This document shows positions 28,340-40,319 of a stretch of 64,000 nucleotides of DNA, in pieces. The DNA is taken from contig OX597824.1 in NCBI GenBank assembly GCA_951406725.2, positions 73,036,001-73,100,000 on the forward strand, read 5' to 3'. Position 1 is the stretch's first letter, and each line of letters starts with the position of its first letter. The notes beneath the pieces are model-generated. The model made no database searches and had not been told where the DNA came from. It saw only the letters and a list, made by a program, of their open reading frames with translations. The translations under genes and the position numbers were made by a program. Source of the DNA: Octopus vulgaris (Eukaryota).

Positions 28340-29345
28340 TAGAATGATATATTTCTGCTGTTAAAAGAAAACCTCATCAAGTTAGGAAATGGATACTGAG
28401 GTTTTCTCTGATCCGCGGAGATATGATAGGATTCAGAATAGTGTGCAACACGTAGATATTTTGTCTTGTATTAGCCAATTAGCAACGCACATCTCTTGCA
28501 TGTTGTTGACAGCGGGATTCAACTTTTGGGTAAGGATGACATCTTTAATCCTCAAATTTCCCATATTTCGCTCTATAGATTCGCTGTTGGCTGTGAAGGC
28601 ATACTTTTGGGGTGTTTCCCTAACAGAAAAAGCGAATGTTTTCTTTAATACAGATGAGCAATTCGTGTTCGTTACTGCCGAAGCAAGGTCCACCATATTT
28701 ATTACATGTTTTGTGGGACGTTACATCAGCTCTTAAACATATGGTACATATTGTCGATGGAGTAACTGGATCGTGTTCATGTTTTGTTGGTGTTTGGTAC
28801 CCGTCCCAAAACAAACACTTTCTCAAAGAAGATCTAGAGGGCGTTCAGATGTATATTCAATCCACATCCCCTTTGGATTTTCTGTCGGACTGTAATAGGG
28901 ATGTTATCATCAAAGTGTGGAATCTTTAGAAAGCAAATGTTGTCGTTGGAGAAGGTAACCTTCCTTTGATGTTTATTACTTTAGCGGTATCTGACAGAAG
29001 GTACTGGATAACCATTTTCCATCAGGACTCTTTGGAAATGCTTGTTTGAGGTTTGCTCTTCTATTTCTTGCTTCACTGCATCTGGTATTTATCGAACTCA
29101 AAACAGTGCTAAGCACCGGAAGTGGGTCTTCAAATTTTTAATAAAGATTAAGTTGATCCAATGGTTTTATATTAGTTTAGGAAACCACTGGCCCCAGTTT
29201 TTTTTTTTTTATTGCATAAATTCCATTAAAAAGTATACGTGCCGTTGGGTTGTAGATAACAGTCAAATCCTCATTTTGAACTTAGCTGGTTGACTTCTTT
29301 TTCAGAAAACCTCAGTTAGGCATTTACTCACAAAATTAAGTGCAC
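28340..29345 (-). pseudogene. Decayed Penelope-like element ORF (post-RT linker and GIY-YIG endonuclease)
   Basis: Minus-strand fragments RCSE, FQRVLMENGYP, FLKIPHFDD, ICTICL, FGSNEHELLICIKEN (compare YIGxTxRxLxxRxxEH); hammerhead-like motif just downstream. Confidence 0.65.
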
Positions 29346-29474
29346 CCATTATTATTGGTATAAAAGTGGATTTACAATCTGGGTTTTTTTTAGAAGCTGG
29401 AAGACCCGAAGCAGTTTTCCATTGTTATCCTCTTTCCCTTTGATTTTCGAACATGTATGCACATTGATATTTTT

Positions 29475-29715
29475 AGGAGCACTCCGTCGGTTGCGACGAT
29501 GAGGATCCCAGCTGATACGATCAACGGAACAGCTTGCTCGTGATATTAACGTGCAAGTGGCTGAGCACTCCACAGACACGTGTACCCTTAACGTAGTTCT
29601 CGAGGAGATTCAGCGTGACACAGAGTGTGACAAGGCTGGCCCTTTGAAATACAGGTACAAGAGAAACAGGAAGAAAGAGCGAGAGAAAGTTGTGGTGAAG
29701 GAGTACAGCAGGGTT
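29475..29715 (-). mobile_element. SINE family C body with an alternative tail; related copy at 18120-18430
   Basis: Shares CTGTACTC..CACAACTTTCTCTC..TTCCTGTTTC with family C, then diverges. Confidence 0.65.
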
Positions 29716-29779
29716 TAAGGTAGGTGACCACTATGATAAGGTAGGTGACTACATATTTTTTGTCTATGTATGTCATTAT

Positions 29780-30400
29780 TCAGTTTCATTTCAAAATTAA
29801 AATTTCTTGCTAATAGAGAAAGTGCCGGTTTCTAACCTAGATCCAAGACTTGTTCTTTGGAATTTCAACAACATCAACAGAATATTTTTGTATGTATGTA
29901 TATTGGAATATACAGTATTTGGAATCGGTTCAGGTGCATTTTGTATGTTTTGTTTTAGGTATGTATTCTCATGCATATTGTTACATGTATACCTAAATGA
30001 TAAACTTCTGGAAACTTTTACAGTTTCAGTGATGGCTTTGATCCCTAGTCTTCGAACTAACTTTCTACATTCTGGTTTTGAGAGGCCTAATTTCTCAAGA
30101 TTGGTACTTAGACAGTGCGCCAATAATTACAGGTATAAACTTCAACTTGTAATTAGGGTAGAGCAATTGTCGATTTCTCAATAGTTCAGCATAGGTACTT
30201 TCTTTTCTGATGATCTTTAGCTTTAACATCCGCTGGGCAGCTGATTTCCACAACTGCATAGAGTTTCTCTTCTCTGTTTCAAATCACTATGTCAGGTCTA
30301 TTATGCTTACACTTTATTGAGGTTTTCACATGGACATTTCAACTGCACTCCTTATTATGAGTGGCTATGGCTTCTACCATACTGCTGTTCTTATTTCTTC
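29780..30400 (-). mobile_element. RLE-type (R4-like) LINE 3' fragment
   Basis: HNRPDIVI..VVEISCPAD..FIPVIIGAL. Confidence 0.75.
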
Positions 30401-30410
30401 GGCTTCAGGG

Positions 30411-30896
30411 TTATGTATGTATGTATGTATGTATGTATGTATGTAGGTAAGTAGGCTGGTAGGTAGGTAGGTAGGTAGGTAGGTATGTAGGTAGGTATGC
30501 ATACCTAAGTTCGTGTGTGTGTATGTGTGAGCGTGTGTGTGTGCGTGTGTGTGTGTGTGTGTGTGAGTGTGTGCTTATAAGCATATAGGCGGGGATGTAT
30601 GTTTGACTCGATGATAGCCATAGAAATGAGACGACCTTACTATTCGTGTATACATACATACATGCGTGTATGTATGTATGTATGTATGTATGTATGGATG
30701 GATGGATGGATGGATACGTGCATGCATGTATGTATGTATGTATGTGTGTGTGTATGTATGTATGTATGTATGTATGCATGCATGTATGCATGTATGTATG
30801 TATGCATGTATGTATGTATGTATACATGTATGTATGTATGTATGCATGTATGCATGTATGTATGTATGTATGTATGCATGTATGCATGTATGTATG

Positions 30897-30928
<32 letters not shown>

Positions 30929-31040
30929 CATGTATGCATGTATGTATGTATGTATTAATGTATGTATGTATGTATGTATGTATGCATGTATGCGTGTATG
31001 TATGTATGTATGTATGTATGTATGCATGCATGCATGTATG
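30411..31040. repeat. (TATG)n/(CATG)-rich compound microsatellite
   Basis: Seen directly. Confidence 0.95.
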
Positions 31041-31544
31041 TCTGTGTCTGTTCAGTTTATGAATATGTCACCTATTCGTAAACCTTGCATATCTGACTGA
31101 TTTTTTTGTGCGTGAACATTTTCGTGCTTAGCGGAATGTATTCCTTCGTGTTTAATAAGTGATTCTGGCTGCGTGTTTGCTTCTCCATATGAGATTGATT
31201 AAGCAAGCCTAAGCCTTTTCTCTATGCGCACTCGTGTATTTGATATCGAATTTTTCCTATGTACGTGGGTGTATATTTAAGTATGTCATTCGTTTATATG
31301 AGGTGATCCCTAGCCTTGACTGGTGTCACGTGACGTTGGACGCCATTGTTGTCAATACCTGATTTTGCGTTCGAAGGTTTGTGTATTTCTGTTTCTATGG
31401 GCTTCTTTCTTTCTTCCTTTTTTTCTTTCTTTTTTCTTTCATTCTTTCTTTCTTTCTTTCTTTTTTTCTTACTTTCTTTCTTTCTTTCTTTCTCTCCTTC
31501 TCTCTTTCTCTCTTTCTTTCTTCCTTTCTTTCTTTCTTTCTTTC

Positions 31545-31617
<73 letters not shown>

Positions 31618-32125
31618 CTCTCTCTGTCTGTCTCTCTCTCGCTTCTTCTATCTCCTGTCATTCAATATTTATGTACGTATGTGTGCGTGTATGTCTACAC
31701 ACACACACATACACACGCAGGCACGCACACACACACTACTTTTGTGTGTGAAAGCATGTGCGTACATGTATGCATGTTTCTCTCTCCATCTCCTCGAGAG
31801 CGCTCGCGTGTGTGTGTGTGTGACTCTATTCAAAGATTATTGATACCTACACTTGACAACAAACTGAAATAACACTAGACATGTCATTATTTTTGTGAGT
31901 GCCTTCCAATCGATCATTTCAACAATTAATCAGTCACTCAGTCAATTTATCAATCAATCAGTATTTTATATATCTCAATCAGTACAAATTCTCGGTTCAG
32001 ATGCTTGGTTTAAATCAGGGTTCGGTAAATTTCTGATATCATTGAACCCCTTCATGGAATCATTGATAACTTATCGACCGCCATCACATAAATTCCGAAA
32101 AAAAAAATTAAAAGCTTATAATTAA

Positions 32126-32492
32126 CTAGCTGTATCGCCTTTAGAATTGGAATTTTTGAAAAGTAAAATGTTGCATTATGTAGCTTGTTAGTCTCTTTAA
32201 GTGAACATTTTTCTGGTTGAAATACACCGAAAAATGGCGACACAGCAGTCAAAAAATCGTGCAAAATAGGGATTTTTATATATAAAAAAGCACCTTTTTG
32301 ATATAAATAATTTTTGGTGTTAACATGATCCGATTTGAATTTTTTCTTCTACAGAATGAAGAGCAAGCCTTCTTCTATCATACTCTCAATTTTGGTCAAC
32401 TTGCGCCACAGTGTCTCGGAGGAGATAGTGTTAGTTGAAGGTTACCAAACCTGCCATACACAGACAACTTCAGCTTTATATATAGAGAGAGA
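32126..32492 (-). mobile_element. Second copy of the non-autonomous Helitron, subterminal hairpin deleted
   Basis: Near-identical to 22389-22780; TC and CTAG ends retained. Confidence 0.88.
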
Positions 32493-32681
32493 TAAAACAA
32501 TTTCTCGATTTTTAAAAACAGTATTTCCTCTGTTCTTTTGTGTAATTACCGATTTTTAATTTGAAATATTTAAAGAAATCTAATGAAATTCCCAAACGAA
32601 ATTGATAAAAAACCCAAAAAAAAAATTCATTCACATTATATATCAATATATTGTCGAAATATTTAATGTAGTATTTAATAT

Positions 32682-32874
32682 AGGCGCAGGAGTGGCTGTG
32701 TGGTAAGTGGCTTGCTTTCCGACCATATGGTTCCGGGTTCAGTCCCACTGCGTGGCACCTTGGGCAAGTGTCTTCTATTATAGCCTCGGGCCGACCAAAG
32801 CCTTGTGAGTGAATTTGGTAGACGGAAACTGAAAGAAGCCCGTCGTATATATGTATATATATATATATGTGTGT

Positions 32875-32917
<43 letters not shown>

Positions 32918-33105
32918 TGTGTCTGTGTTTGTCCCCCCAACATTGCTTGACAACCGATGCTGGTGTGTTTACGTCCCCGTAACTTAGCGGTTCGGCAAAA
33001 GAGACCGATAGAATAAGTAGTAGGCTGATCACGTACTGGGTCGATTTGCTCGACTAAAGGCGGTGCTCCAGCATGGCTGCAGTCAAATGACTGAAACAAG
33101 TAAAA
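32682..33105 (+). mobile_element. SINE family A full copy
   Basis: Same structure as 17539. Confidence 0.9.
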
Positions 33106-34005
33106 GCGTGAAATATGTGTTTGGTGAACCTTAGTTATTACATTGACAATTGGCTGGAAATTTGTGAGATTTAGCCCTAAATTAAATTAGTTTATTAGTA
33201 AATTCAGTACCCTTAATGCTCAAAATCATTTCAGGTACTTACCTGAAAGAAGATCTAGAGGATTAGCCTCATAGACTCCCAAGGAGGGAGGGGGGTCAAT
33301 GTTGATACCTGATCTAGATGCTTACAACAGAGTGACCTAAACCAAAGGCACCCAAGTATTTGATGATAGTGAAGCCATATTATCTTTTATTTATTCCAGT
33401 CACTGGAGTGCGGTCATGCTGGGGCAATGCTTTGAAAGTTATTTTTAATCGTAGTACTTATTCTATCATACTTTTTACCAAACCGCTAAGTTACGGGAAC
33501 GTAAACAAATCAATACCGGTTATTGAGCGGTGGTGGGGACGGAATTTTCTCAGTGATCGCGTCGCGGTCTAAAAGCGACGAAAATATTTTGGCAAATTAA
33601 ATTTAAATGTTGAAGTGAATCTAACGGTTTTTGTGTGTCTTTAAATGGCTTATAAACACCTTCCACCCTGCAATTTTCTTCAGCACACGATCTCAAATCA
33701 GGTCCCTCGCTATGCAAGTACATCTCCGTAATATATATATATATATATATATATATTTCGTTACTACCCACAAGGGGCTAAACACAGAGGGGACAAACAA
33801 GGACAGACAAAGGGATTAAGTCGATTACATCGACCCCAGTGCGTAACTGGCACTTAATATTTATCGACCCCGAAAGGATGAAAGGCAAAGTCGACCTCGA
33901 CAGAATTTGAACTCGGAACGTAACGACAGACGAAATACGGCTACACATTTCGCCCGGCGTGCTAACGTTTCGCCCAGTTCGCCGCCTTCAGATACATATG
34001 TATAC

Positions 34006-34131
<126 letters not shown>

Positions 34132-35040
34132 ATGTATGTATGTATGTATGTATGTATATATGTATGTTTGTATGTATGTATGTATGTATGTATGTATATT
34201 ACGGAATTCTACACAGTTTCCGTCTACCAAATTCACTCTTAAGGCATTGGTCGGCCAGGGGCAATAGTAAAACAAATTTGTCCAAAGTGCTGCGCAGTGG
34301 AACTGAACCGGAAACCACAAGCAAGCTTTTTAACCGTACAATCAATCATGTCTGCATCTTATCCACGCAACAATTATGTCTACGTTAAATAATATATTTT
34401 TTCTTTAAAACTACGTGTGAACTTAGACTTTTATCTGTAGTTTCCTTGTAAGGAACAAAATACCTTATTTCTTTTTCCAACTAGAAACCAAAAAACTATA
34501 AATATCAATAGCGTGTTTGATGACTGTGAATTAACAGTAGATTTAAAATAAGTTATTGGTTAACACACGCCATTACTGATATTATTTTCTAATATGGCTA
34601 ACAAAGTACATTCTTTCTAACATCTAGACTCCAAACTAGATTGCAAGTTCAACCAAAGTAGCTTGGTTTTGTTTAGAAATATTACTGCGCAAAATAATAT
34701 ATTACAGCAGAAGATAACAAAAAATTATTACAAATTTGCATGGTGTCTTTTCACTTGCTGATCACGTGATAAGTCGTCTGCTCTTTCCATTTAGTAGTCA
34801 TATAGTGTTGCATGTGCCGACTATATTCTCCCTATTTTCTTTTTCTTTTTTTGTCTTTGTGCATTTCTTTTTTCACACACACATTCGCTAGTTCTTTCTT
34901 TCTTTCCTTCTTACTTTCTTTCTTACTTTCTTTCTTTCTTTCTTTCTTTCTATCCTCACTGTGATTTCACTTTCTATATATACTTATCTCTTTCTTTCCT
35001 TTCCCTCATTCTCTTTCTCTCTTTTTCTGCACAAGCGCGT

Positions 35041-35095
<55 letters not shown>

Positions 35096-36799
35096 CGCGC
35101 GCGCACACACACTCGCACACAAACACACACACATACACACACACAAACACATAATTTCTCCCTCTCTTCCTTCTCTCTCTCTCTCCCTCTCTCTTCCTTC
35201 CTCTCTGGCAAAAAAGTGTTTACGGTAAAAATGTATATACCAAATATTCCTACGGCGGAAATGCTTGCAGTAAAAATACATCCCACGAAAGTTTATAATC
35301 AGTTCTCATTAGTAAATAAATAAATAAATAAATAAACAAATAAATAAATAAATATACAAACAAACCGATTCGCACGAATCGGTGGAAACTGACTCACACC
35401 TAACCGTTCCTGTATTATATTAATGTTGTGATACTAGGATGAAAATTACATGATTGTGAAGAAAAGATTATACAACTTTAGGGTCGAAGTATGGTGATTG
35501 AATGTAAAAAACAATAAAACCGCCTTTGTCTTGAGGCAGTGATTCGAAACCGAATACCTGGATACGCGGTCAGACATCACGAGCAAACCACCTTAGTTTC
35601 ACGTGATCGGTCTATTAACCGGTCAATCGGCGCAAAGCGATGGTATGGAGAGGCTTTCTCGAACATTCTGGAATTTTACTTCCGGTCACCTAAAAAAACC
35701 GTTCGGCATGCATTTTTATCAGTCGGTCGACTAAGACAGATGGCACAGATAAATGACATGAACCTCCGTCGCCACGAATGTAGCACAATTGTTTCCAATT
35801 ATGTTGGGTAAGTCGCAGTTTGCCATATCAGCAACTTGCCGTAAGCTCCAAGCAGTATCTCTCTCTCACTATATAATTATAGCTGTTGTCATCTGTAAAA
35901 GGCCAACGCAGTTTGTCTTTATGTGCAATAATAAAATCTCAATGTTAAATGTTCGCAGGTGTTGTTCAGTTACTTCAACAAGCAACCTAAGACACGTATC
36001 ATTCATTATCTCAACCAGTCACCACCACAGACCAGCCAACAATCTTCAGGCCGAGACAGTTTCACTCGTTACCGTTTTACTCAGTAAATTTGTTGAATCT
36101 GACGCAAGCACCAACTTTGGACAGGGTTACGAGCTGGCAAGAAATCATGGTTTATGCCCCATTAAGCAGACATTAATGGTAATAATTATAACTAATAGTA
36201 ATTTTATATGTGAATTTTTAACATCAAATTATACAGAGAACTTGCAAAACATTATGATTTAACAATAACAATAAATAATTCTGCTTTCTACTCCAGGCAC
36301 ACGGTCTGAAATTTTTGAGGGGAATAATAAAATACATCGGCCCCAGCGCACAACTGGTACTTATTTTATCAAGCCTGAAATGATGAAAAGTAAAATCGAT
36401 CTCGGCAGCATTTGAACTCAGAAGGTAATGCCGGAAGAAATGCCGTTATGTATTTTCTCCGCCGTGCAAATTGCAACTTCATTGCTCAATCCTCTCTCTC
36501 TCTCCTTACTTACTTCCTCTCTCTTTTTATTTCTCTTTCTCCATCTCCCCCTTCTTTCCTTCTGTCTTTGTCTGTCTGTCTGTCTCCCCATCCCCCAATG
36601 CATGGGACTGTGGGAGTCAGGGTTCTTGCACTCAGCTACACTCAGTTTTATCTCTCTGTCGTTACTATTGAAATGCCCTCATTCTCTTGATAATTTCAAG
36701 GAAGAGTTAATATTACATTTATATACATTTATATACATTTATATACATTGTATTTATATACATTTAGGTTTCTATATAAATGTATATAAATACAATGTC

Positions 36800-37930
36800 C
36801 AATAGCTACTTTAAAGAAATACATTACTGTTTCGAAGAATTCACCAAATTAATAATGAAATTACGGACAAACTTTCAAGAGATAGTGTTATTCTTAGACA
36901 CGTTGACTCCGTTGCCAATGCTGACCAACCAGGTCTGTATCTACAAGAATTTCTTAATTCTTTCAATATAAGTGATATGATACTTCACATTATCAAGTAA
37001 AAAGTGGAGCTCCCATAATGTTATTGAGAAATCTCGCCTACCAGGACGACAATTGTAACGCCTAAGTAGCTCTGTATCCATTAGAATTTCTCAATTCTTT
37101 TAATATTAGGAATATGTTACCTCACGTTGTGAAAGTAACAATTGGAGCGCTCAAGACGTTGCTTTGACATATTAATTACCTGCACGGCCGTTATTACAGA
37201 ACACAGTATAGCCTTCTACGAGCTGCCAGCACTCTCATAAAAGCAAGTATAATTAATAGTGCTGATACTGGGCATACTTCGCCGATACCCCGTATTTAAC
37301 CTGCAATTATTCAATACAGCTGGAGGCGCAATGGCCCAGCTGTAGGGCAGCGGACTCGCGTCCGGAGGTTCGCGGTTTCGATTCCCAGACCGGGCGTTGT
37401 GTGTGTTTATTGAGCGAAAACACCTAAAAGCTCCACGAGGCTCCGACAGGGGGTGGTAGCGATCCCTGTTGTACTCTTTCGCCCCAGCTTTCTCTCACAA
37501 TCTCTCTTCCTGTTTCTTAAGTAACGCTGCGATGGACTGTCGTCCCGTCCAGCTGGGTGGAACACATACGTCACAGAAACCGGGAAACCGGGCCCATGAG
37601 CCTGGCTATGCTTGAAAAAGGCGACGTTTATCGTTTTTTTTAAATTCAATACAGATTTATCCTTTACTTTAAGACGACGTCAATTCCATATCAGACCTGC
37701 ATTCAGCATGTCGATAAACAAAAGTCATGGGCAAGGATTCTCAAAATGTGACATTCATTTCCTTTTTACAACGTTCACACTGTATGCTGCTCTCAGTAGA
37801 GATTACGTTCACTCACGAATAAAACAGTCATGCTGATCAAAGTCAAATTACTACACCGAGAGGATATCACAAGCGTCCCAGATACGAAAATGTCAAATTC
37901 GAGAAAAATATTGTCTCCATAAACAGTGAT
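36800..37930 (+). pseudogene. Helitron RepHel PIF1-like helicase C-terminal relic, split by a SINE C
   Basis: INNEITDKL..VDSV; YPLEFLNSFNI..PH; MLLRNL; IPRI; FTLRRRQFHIRPAFSMSINKSHGQ; LYAALSR. Confidence 0.85.
37322..37643 (+). mobile_element. SINE family C with 11-bp TSD ATTCAATACAG
   Basis: tRNA-like head; TSD copies at 37309-37319 and 37644-37654. Confidence 0.88.
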
Positions 37931-37977
37931 GGTCACAGTTTCCTGCTTAGAGAATGTTCCTGTATTATGGTGTATAC

Positions 37978-38174
37978 TCTTTTACTTGTTTCAGTCATTT
38001 CACTGCGGCCATGCTGGAACACCGCCTTTAGTCGAGCAAATCGACCCCAGGACTTATTCTTTGTAAGTCTAGTACTTATTCTATCGGTATCTTTTGCCGA
38101 ACCGTCAGGTTACGGGGACGTAAACACACCAGAATCGGTTGTCAAGCGATGTTGGGGGGACAAACACAGACACA

Positions 38175-38233
<59 letters not shown>

Positions 38234-38432
38234 TTATATATATATATATATATATACATACATATATATACGTATACATATATACGACCGGTTTCTTTCA
38301 GTTTCCATCTACCAAATCCACTCACAAGGCTTTGGTCGGCCCGAGGCTATAGTAGAAGACACTTGCCCAAGGTGACACGCAGTGGGACTGAACCCGGAAC
38401 CATGTGGTTGGTAAGCAAGCTACTTACCACAC
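37978..38432 (-). mobile_element. SINE family A copy, followed by a second interrupted copy at 38440-39182
   Basis: Sequence match to other family A copies. Confidence 0.85.
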
Positions 38433-38719
38433 AATTCTTTTACATTTTTCAGTCATTTGACAACGGCCATGATGGAGCACCGCCTTTAAGGGTTTTAGTC
38501 GAAGAAATCAACCCCAGGACTTATTTTTTGTATGCCTAGTACTTATTTTATCGGTCTCTTTTGCCGAACCGCTAAGTTACAGGGACGTATACACACCAAC
38601 ATCGGTTGTCACGCGATGGAGGAGGTAAAGACACAAAGGCACAGAAACAGAAATATATATATATATATATACGACGGGCTTCTTTCACTTTCCGTCCACC
38701 TAATCGACTTACAAGGCTT

Positions 38720-39073
38720 AAGTAACGAAAGGGGGGAAATAATATACAGGTATATCCTCTTAACTGAGTAGTCGACTTACTTCTCTAAATACGTATATAT
38801 TGAAATTTTTCCATCAATTTCTTCATATATTTTAAAATTCTTTGACTGAGGAAGGTTTTTATTATATATTATGCAAACCTGAAACGTACGAGGAATTCCA
38901 ACCACGTTTCGTGGTTCGCTACCTCAACAGCTCCTTTATAGGATCATCAGGAGGAGCTACACCCGGTTTCAGCCCCTAATCCTCTACCGTTTTCGACGTG
39001 GTAGCTCCACCTTTCGGAGGTGTCTTCAGCTCTGGTGTTGAGTGTTTTTTTTATTTCCCCCCTTTCGTTTACT
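38720..39073. mobile_element. Insert of about 350 bp with hammerhead core motifs and about 21-bp inverted ends, inside a SINE A; direct repeat of 39986-40313
   Basis: GTAACGAAAGGGGGGAAATAA versus TTATTTCCCCCCTTTCGTTTAC; host SINE sequence is continuous across the insert apart from a short loss. Confidence 0.7.
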
Positions 39074-39341
39074 TGAGGCTATAATAGAAGTCATTCGCCC
39101 TTGGTGTCAACGCAGTGGGACTGAATCCGGGACCATGTGGTTGGGAAGCAAGTTTCTTACCACACAGCAATGCCTGTGCCTATATTAAAATTATTTTTAA
39201 AAATTAAAAAGCAACTTGTATTTTGTTCTATTAAATGTTTCTTTTCTTTTTCTTTTTTCCTTTCTTAAAGTATATATCTTTATTTCAGCGAAACAAATAT
39301 TACATACTCCGTGCATAAAACAGCGGGTTACGTTCCGATCA

Positions 39342-39390
<49 letters not shown>

Positions 39391-39502
39391 GCTAAGAAGC
39401 ATACCAGAATTTTCGACTCGAATCAAATATAACAAACTACTTCAAATCGGTGTTGGATTATCTGCGTAAGTAGAGTCCCAGACCCAATAGTTTGTTATTT
39501 AT

Positions 39503-39890
39503 TTTTTGCCCACAAGGGGCCAAACATAGAGGGGACAAACAAGGACAGACAAGGGTATTAAGTCTATTAGATCGACCCCAGTGCGTAACTGGTACTTAAT
39601 TTATCGACCCCGAAAGGATGAAAGGCAAAGTCGACCTCGGTAGAATTTGAACTCAGAACACAACGGCAGACGAAATACCTATTTCTTTACTACCCACAAG
39701 GGGATAAACACAGAGAGGACAAACAAGGACAGATAAACGGATTAAGTCGGTTATATCGATCCCAGTGCGTTACTGGTACTTAATTAATCGACCCCGAAAG
39801 GGCAGAATTTGAACTCTGAACGTAAAGACAGACGAAATACCGCTAAGTATAACGTCCGGCGTGCTAACGTTTCTGCCAGCTCGCCGCCTT
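39503..39890 (-). mobile_element. SINE family B, two tandem bodies
   Basis: Reverse complement of 18468-18880. Confidence 0.85.
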
Positions 39891-40319
39891 CCAGCCCTAA
39901 TAGTTTGTCCTGGCATCAGTCGTATAAGTTGAAAAAATAAAAGCAAGCCAACTCTTTCCCCCTGTTTCTTTCTCTCTCTCCTCTGTATACAGGTCTATCC
40001 TCTTAACTGAGTAGTCGACTTACTTCTCTAAATACGTATATATTGAAATTTTTCCATCAATTTCTTCATATATTTTGAGATTCTTTGACTGAAGAAGGTT
40101 TTTATTATATATTATGCAAACCTGAAACGTACGAGGAATTCCAACCACGTTTCGTGGTTCACTACCTCAACAGCTCCTCTATAGGATCATCAGGAGGAGC
40201 TACACCCGGTTTCGGCCCCTAATCCTCTACCGTTTTCGACGTGGTGGCTCCACCTTTCGGAGGTGTCTTCAGCTCTGGTGTTGAGTGCTTTTTTTATTTC
40301 CCCTCTTTCGTTTTGTTCT

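Noticed and set aside
35539-36262. ORFs of 90 and 157 aa as a host gene
   Set aside because: No recognisable domain or codon bias and non-ATG starts
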